Origin: an uncultured Pseudomonadota bacterium
GTDB lineage: Bacteria > Vulcanimicrobiota > Vulcanimicrobiia > Eremiobacterales > Eremiobacteraceae
Reading direction: 5' to 3'
DNA: 64,000 nt
Assembly: GCA_963736005.1 (NCBI GenBank)
Contig: CAVTNB010000001.1
Coordinates: forward strand, 992,001-1,056,000
Below are positions 58,957 to 64,000 of the stretch, piece by piece (within the stretch, counting starts at the first letter, position 1; the number at the start of each line of letters is the position of its first letter). Made by a program: the position numbers and the translations under genes. A model generated the notes under the pieces. That model did no database searches and had not been told where the DNA came from. It saw nothing but the letters and a program-made list of their open reading frames with translations.

Positions 58957-60176
58957 TTAGCGCACGGCGACCTTCTCACCATCGGTGACGTTCGTTTGCC
59001 CGTTGGCAAGAACTTGGGTTCCCTGGGCGACTCCAGTCACAACGGCCCATGTTGGATCTTCGGCAACCTCGACAACGTTGGAGACGTGGGCCGTGCCGTC
59101 GGTCACCGTGATGATCGTTTGGTGCGTGTCGTCGAGAAAGGCGTTGACGGGGACGGTGATTCCGTGGAGCGCGGGCGCTTTGACGTTCGCAGTCACGGTC
59201 ATGCCTGGACGGAGCGTTTGATCCTTATTCGGGGCCTTCACCTTGATGATGAATCCACTTGACGACGGCGACGTGGGAGAAAGTATTGCGACGACCTTGC
59301 CATCGAAAATGCGCTTCGGGATGGCTGGTGACGTCATGGTCACGGCGGCACCTTGCGTGACGCTCGCCACCTGCGAACCGAATGCGTTCAGTTCCGCATA
59401 GACGTTGTCGACCTCTTGCAAGGTAAAAATCTGGCGGGTGCCTGGATATTCTCCGGGATTCAGATTTCGGTTGACGACGATGCCGTTGACTGGCGAGACG
59501 ATCTGCGCTCTGCCAATTTGGGCCTGCACTTGCTGGAGCGCGGCCGATGCTTGGTCCACGTTGGCCCTCTGCAGACCTTGGCTTTGCGTGCCGTTGGCTT
59601 GCTCGTTTTCTACGGCTTGGGCAAGCGCCGCCTGCGCTGCGACGACGCCCTTTTGATACACCTCGACTTGGGTGCGTTGCGTGTCGACGTCTTGCTGGGA
59701 GATGAAGCCTTGTCCAAGCAATTGCTCGTCGCGCGAAAGAGTGATCTGCGCCAGCGAGAGATTTTGGTTTGCCTGATCCAAGGCGGCTCGCGCAGAGCGA
59801 ACCTGCTGGCCGCCTTGACCGAGTGCGAGAGTCGCTTGGTATTGCGACTGCTCGAGGTGTGCTGCCGCTTGATTTGCACTGGCGCTCAAATCGGCTGTGT
59901 TGAGACGCGCGAGAACTTCACCCACATACACTCTATCGCCCTCGTTCACGAAGACGGCATCGGTAGGTTCTTGCAGGGACGTTGTCATGGCGACATTTTG
60001 GCAGCGGCGCGATGATCCCAGAAAGCGCGACGAACGGATGAATCGTCCGTGGCGTTGCACCTACCACTTTCACCGTCGGCGGCGGCGCGCTTTGGGTCGC
60101 CTTATGGGCGCAGCCGGACGCCACAAAAAAGGCACGCCACAACAAGACACCGGATGGACAGCCTTCGATTCATCAT
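58957..60176 (-). pseudogene. RND periplasmic adaptor (MFP) with two apparent +1 frameshifts (sequence error or pseudogene)
   Basis: Removing one base at 60125-60130 (A6) and one at 60000-60001 (GG) gives MMNRRLSIRCLVVACLFVASGC..IIAPLQNVAMTT, continuous with the MFP body (EGDRV..GEVLARL, SPVNGIV, LRPGM). Confidence 0.8.
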
Positions 60177-60229
60177 AACGGATATTTTACTATAGCATTC
60201 CTACCTGGGAAAACCTTGAGAGAGGGGGG

Positions 60230-63200
60230 TTATGGCGATGGGAGTGGCTGATTTCTCAGGATGTACAGCCCCAGTGCCGGCGCAAAATTAACGGCTGGTA
60301 AGCGAGCACCGCCAAGTCCGGCTGAGGTAACATCCTGTTCCGTCCCAGCCGAAATTTTTGCGCAGTTGAGCAATGCAGGAATGGCAATGGGCGCCTGGGG
60401 CTGCAACTCGAGCCACCAGCCTTTGGCGGCCGTATGCGGCGTCACTGTCCAGCCGCTTGGTGGGGCAGGTGTCGCAGTGCCCGCGCTCTTGGCGGCGATA
60501 TATTGCGTGAGCGACGCGAGCAGTTGTTGCGCTACCGGCTTGAGGTCTGCCGAGCAGCGATCCGAGTTCACGATATCGAGCGGCTGCGCTGGCGGTGCGG
60601 ATGGCAGGCGATAGACGCGGAATTGTTCTTGTCCTGCCACGGGTGGTTGGCGCACGATGTACAATCCGGCAGCCGGCATGTAGGCGAGTGGACTGCGAAA
60701 GAACGAGCTCGATGTGGGCACGTAGAGGTGGAGCGCGGTCGCCTGATCTTTGGTGCCGATGTGGAGCGTTGCGCATCCGAAGAATCCGCGCATCACGTCA
60801 AAACTCTGCGGCTCAAAGGTCAGCGCGTAGGTCGATCCTTCGGGATGGTAACCGATCGCAAAGCCTGGAACGTTTGGCATTTGCGCCGAGAGCGTTGCCG
60901 GATAGCCTTGCGCGGTCTTCGCTGCTTCGATGGCTGCGACGTAGGCTTTGATCGCAGCCAGCGTTTGGGTTGCAGTGCTCGCCGCTTGGGTCGTGCAGCT
61001 TTGCCGGCTCGTGTCGACGGCGAATGGGTCTGCCGGTGGCGTTTGTGGCAAACCCGCTGCCCCGCTTGCAAAGAAACCACCTCCGCCGCCCTGGCGACCT
61101 GGTCCACCTTCACCTGGACCGAAGAAGCCGTTTTGTCGCTGCGGCGTCGATGCGGTGTGCCATTGCTTTGCCTGCGCCGCTGTCTGCCCGGATCCGACCG
61201 TCACCGAGTAGGTCACTTGCAGCGTGCGTGGTGCAAGTGGACGAGCGATCACCGGAAGCGCCCCGGCGCCGACGGTTGGCGGCCCGACCGCGTACGACGA
61301 AGAGGCAAACTCATAACCAAACTTGTTGAAGATGTTGCTCTCGGAGATCGAGAGCGTCCCGTGGGTGAAATCATACCCGAGTCCTGCATCTGCGGTAACG
61401 TACCCGGGAAGGTACTGGCGATTATCCGGGCTCGTGAAGCGGCCATCTGCTAAAATCTCAAGCGGGGAGTTAAAAGCGCGGTAGTCCAGGGTGATCCCAC
61501 CCTGATGCAATGGCACGCCCGGCATTTGGGATCCGGAAATAAGTGAAGAGAAAGCGTCGGAAAGGCGCGGGTCGCTCGTGATAGGCTTGACGACTTGCGT
61601 ACTGTAAAAAGGCTCCGCGGCGAGCGTTTTCGTCACGTTGAAATCGCCTTGGAGCGAGACACCTTCAAAGATCTCTTGCACGCCGCTGACCGGCACGTTC
61701 AAATAAAGATCGCTCGGCGTAAAGAGTGCTGTTGGCTCGTCGCAGCCGCCCGCCGACCCAAAAATCTGTCCGATAGTCTGGAAGTAGCCCGGTGGAAAGT
61801 AGCCCGGAGGAAATGCCGAGCCGTTGACTTGCGCGTTGAGCAACACGTCATTTTGCACTTGCCGATACAAGGATGCCGAAAGATCGCCAAGGTGGGGCCA
61901 ATCATGCTGCCAGGTCGCGCGAGCACTGAACGCCGTTTGCGTTCCGGGATTATCGCCCGGTCCGAAGCCGTATGCGGTTCCGCTCGCGCAATCGAATTGT
62001 AACTGCGTTGGATCGCTCAACACTCCGAAGCGCGGCGGGCCCGCGCCGTTGTTCCCGAAATCGACGTTTCCGGCAAAGGCATCGTATTGGGTGGGATCCC
62101 ATTGCGCGTTCACGCCCGCCAACAACGATGCACCCATGTGGTTGGCGCTCGAGAGACCGACGTGTTCGCCAAGCGTGAGCCTGTCATTCGAACGGATTGT
62201 ATCGACCAGTGAAAACGACGAGTAGGAACTGTTCCCCTGCCCGTTCCCGAACAAGGCTTCCGTTGGCACGAGCGCGACCGATTGCTGGTTCGACGATGAC
62301 GTGGTTGCCTGAAACGAGATGGTGTGGCGCTCTTTGGCAGGCAACTGGGCAGTCAGCGAGGCGCCTCGGGTCGTCCCCTTCGTGTTCGTGCCGAATGGGC
62401 TATACGTTCCATCGATGTATTGATGGAGCAAGTCGCGAGTCTGGTTTGTCTGGGTGCCAAAGAGCGACAGTTGCACGGACGTGAGACCAACAAATGCTTG
62501 GTCGCTGAGCGACTCCAATGCGAGATGGCGATAGTTTGAGTTTCCCGGTCCATATCCGCACGGAATTGGACCTGTCTGAACAGTGCAAAGAGCGTCGTTG
62601 TAGCCGTTGGATGAGATGAACATGCCGCTGAGGGATTGCGTGCCGCCGATGTTCGCTCGCAATTTTAAGAGATCGCCACCGGTTTGATTGGCCCCCTGGT
62701 GGACATAATCGAAACCGCTGGTGTCCAAGAATTGCTGGCCCGCAAGGAGATTGTCGCTGCCACGGATGGCGTGCACGTACGCAACTCCAACGTTACCCGA
62801 ACTTCCTTGCAATGAGAGGATTGTCGAGGCGCCGCTTAGGCCGCCGAACATTTGAGTGATTCCGCTTTGCCAGGCGCGAGTTGGCTCGAGCGTCCGATAA
62901 TTTACTGAACCTCCCAGCGCGCCCGCAACTGGGTTGAAGCTGACGGATGCGCCCCCGAAGAGATCCGAACTGATCATGCGCAAGTCGCCTGCGGTTCCGG
63001 GCCCGTTCAGGGGAATGCCGTCGAGCATCACCTGTGTCTGCGAAGGATCGTGGCCTTCGAGTGAAATGGTTTGCGGCGCGTCATCGCTCGACGAATCGGT
63101 GTTGACCGAAACGCCGGCAAGTTTGTTGAGCGCGTCGTTCAGACTGGTCGAGAGCTTGCGGATGGGGCTGTCTTGGGAGATGCTGGCGCTGGAAATGTTC

Positions 63201-63592
63201 GCTGAGGAGCGGACGACTACGGTGCCGAGGACTTTGGGTCCGGCCTGCACCGCAAGCGCGACACTCACGTCGACTGCCTGACCGGCAACTACTTCGAACG
63301 ACGAGGTTGTCACTGGGGCATACCCGCTTTTGGCGATGCGAGCCGTGTAGATGCCCGCGGGGGTGTCCACGAAGGTCACTTTGCCATTGGTGGTCGTGAG
63401 TTCGCTTGACATCACCGGGCCTTCGAGCAGGACGCGCGCATAGGCGAGCGGTGCATTGGTGGAGGCGTCGGTTACCGTTATGTTGATCTGGCCGTCTTGC
63501 GATTGTGCAAAGCTCGCTGTCGGCGCAAAAGCCATACCGATGCAAGCCGCCAACAATGAGCCAACGAGTTTGAGTGCTATGAGCCGTCGCAT
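60230..63592 (-). CDS. TonB-dependent-receptor-like protein with an N-terminal carboxypeptidase-regulatory-like domain and a C-terminal extension
   Basis: Signal peptide, GKVTF...GIYTARIAKSGY, plug (DALNKLAGV, ISLEG, VMLDGIPL, GGSVN), late barrel strands (LPGYVTAD, SNIF, PRTLQVTY). Confidence 0.82.
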   Translation of the reverse strand: MRRLIALKLVGSLLAACIGMAFAPTASFAQSQDGQINITVTDASTNAPLAYARVLLEGPVMSSELTTTNGKVTFVDTPAGIYTARIAKSGYAPVTTSSFEVVAGQAVDVSVALAVQAGPKVLGTVVVRSSANISSASISQDSPIRKLSTSLNDALNKLAGVSVNTDSSSDDAPQTISLEGHDPSQTQVMLDGIPLNGPGTAGDLRMISSDLFGGASVSFNPVAGALGGSVNYRTLEPTRAWQSGITQMFGGLSGASTILSLQGSSGNVGVAYVHAIRGSDNLLAGQQFLDTSGFDYVHQGANQTGGDLLKLRANIGGTQSLSGMFISSNGYNDALCTVQTGPIPCGYGPGNSNYRHLALESLSDQAFVGLTSVQLSLFGTQTNQTRDLLHQYIDGTYSPFGTNTKGTTRGASLTAQLPAKERHTISFQATTSSSNQQSVALVPTEALFGNGQGNSSYSSFSLVDTIRSNDRLTLGEHVGLSSANHMGASLLAGVNAQWDPTQYDAFAGNVDFGNNGAGPPRFGVLSDPTQLQFDCASGTAYGFGPGDNPGTQTAFSARATWQHDWPHLGDLSASLYRQVQNDVLLNAQVNGSAFPPGYFPPGYFQTIGQIFGSAGGCDEPTALFTPSDLYLNVPVSGVQEIFEGVSLQGDFNVTKTLAAEPFYSTQVVKPITSDPRLSDAFSSLISGSQMPGVPLHQGGITLDYRAFNSPLEILADGRFTSPDNRQYLPGYVTADAGLGYDFTHGTLSISESNIFNKFGYEFASSSYAVGPPTVGAGALPVIARPLAPRTLQVTYSVTVGSGQTAAQAKQWHTASTPQRQNGFFGPGEGGPGRQGGGGGFFASGAAGLPQTPPADPFAVDTSRQSCTTQAASTATQTLAAIKAYVAAIEAAKTAQGYPATLSAQMPNVPGFAIGYHPEGSTYALTFEPQSFDVMRGFFGCATLHIGTKDQATALHLYVPTSSSFFRSPLAYMPAAGLYIVRQPPVAGQEQFRVYRLPSAPPAQPLDIVNSDRCSADLKPVAQQLLASLTQYIAAKSAGTATPAPPSGWTVTPHTAAKGWWLELQPQAPIAIPALLNCAKISAGTEQDVTSAGLGGARLPAVNFAPALGLYILRNQPLPSP

Positions 63593-63764
63593 GAGCTGCG
63601 ACCGCTGTATCCACGCCACTTTCATGTCTTGTCTAGTGTATCCGAGACGCCTTGGATGCAACTGAGAAATGGCTCATTTTTGGGCCGAGCAGGGGTGAAC
63701 AAAGCGGGGGAAAAGCGTGCATTCTGAGGCTATATTAAGCCTTCCGTCATACAATGAGTCCGAA

Positions 63765-64000
63765 ATGCCGAAAGAATCCAAGATTCTTGTGGTTGACGAC
63801 GAGCGCTCCATGCGGGATATGCTTTGTTTGGGTCTCCAACAACAAGGCTATGCGGTGAGGGACTTGCCCGACGGTCGGGGGATCGAAACGTTCATTGGAG
63901 AGTGGCAGCCGGATGCGATTATCTTGGACGTCATGATGCCGTTTGCCGATGGCTTCACGCTGCTCCCCATCATCCGGCGGCGTACGCAGGCGCCGGTCAT
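63765..64000 (+). CDS. Response regulator receiver domain (OmpR-like), 3'-truncated by the window edge
   Basis: Hand translation: MPKESKILVVDDERSMR...PDAIILDVMMPFADGF. Confidence 0.9.
   Translation, partial: MPKESKILVVDDERSMRDMLCLGLQQQGYAVRDLPDGRGIETFIGEWQPDAIILDVMMPFADGFTLLPIIRRRTQAPV

Noticed and set aside
34031..61453. Long antisense or alternate-frame ORFs (e.g. 34031-35080, 39390-40496, 45325-46182, 60434-61453)
   Set aside because: They shadow well-supported genes in GC-rich DNA and show no recognisable motifs.

Overview
A 64-kb, GC-rich (roughly 60% by eye) chromosomal window from a diderm bacterium, as shown by an OmpA-domain protein, a TonB-dependent receptor and RND pumps. The gene mix, including a form I CO dehydrogenase, resembles a soil trace-gas oxidiser such as Eremiobacterota/WPS-2, but that is an impression and not a taxonomic assignment. 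Recognisable loci are nadABC, a complete coxMSL-G-F-D-E operon (CoxL carries AYRCSFR), an Lhr-type helicase, two convergent RND systems, many secreted hydrolases and lipoproteins, and dispersed GTAG-type REP palindromes. The best candidate for an undescribed system lies at 3.5-10.3 kb. It has a 35-aa peptide gene missing from the ORF track (7659-7766, MYSTPKIIASLDANIVLATALG-HWCEGGSNVTWDR) with an RRE-type YxxPxI leader, an RBS and a 21-bp hairpin. Downstream is a translationally coupled operon of two HPr-kinase-like proteins, an S26-peptidase/nucleotidyltransferase and a PqqD/RRE, and an ABC exporter is transcribed divergently. No lasso cyclase or radical SAM enzyme is present in the window, so this looks like a RiPP pathway making a phosphorylated, possibly nucleotidylated or glycosylated linear peptide. 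A second 34-aa peptide gene lies at 1377-1481. Three apparent +1 frameshifts are probably sequence errors. No rRNA, tRNA, CRISPR array or transposase was recognised.
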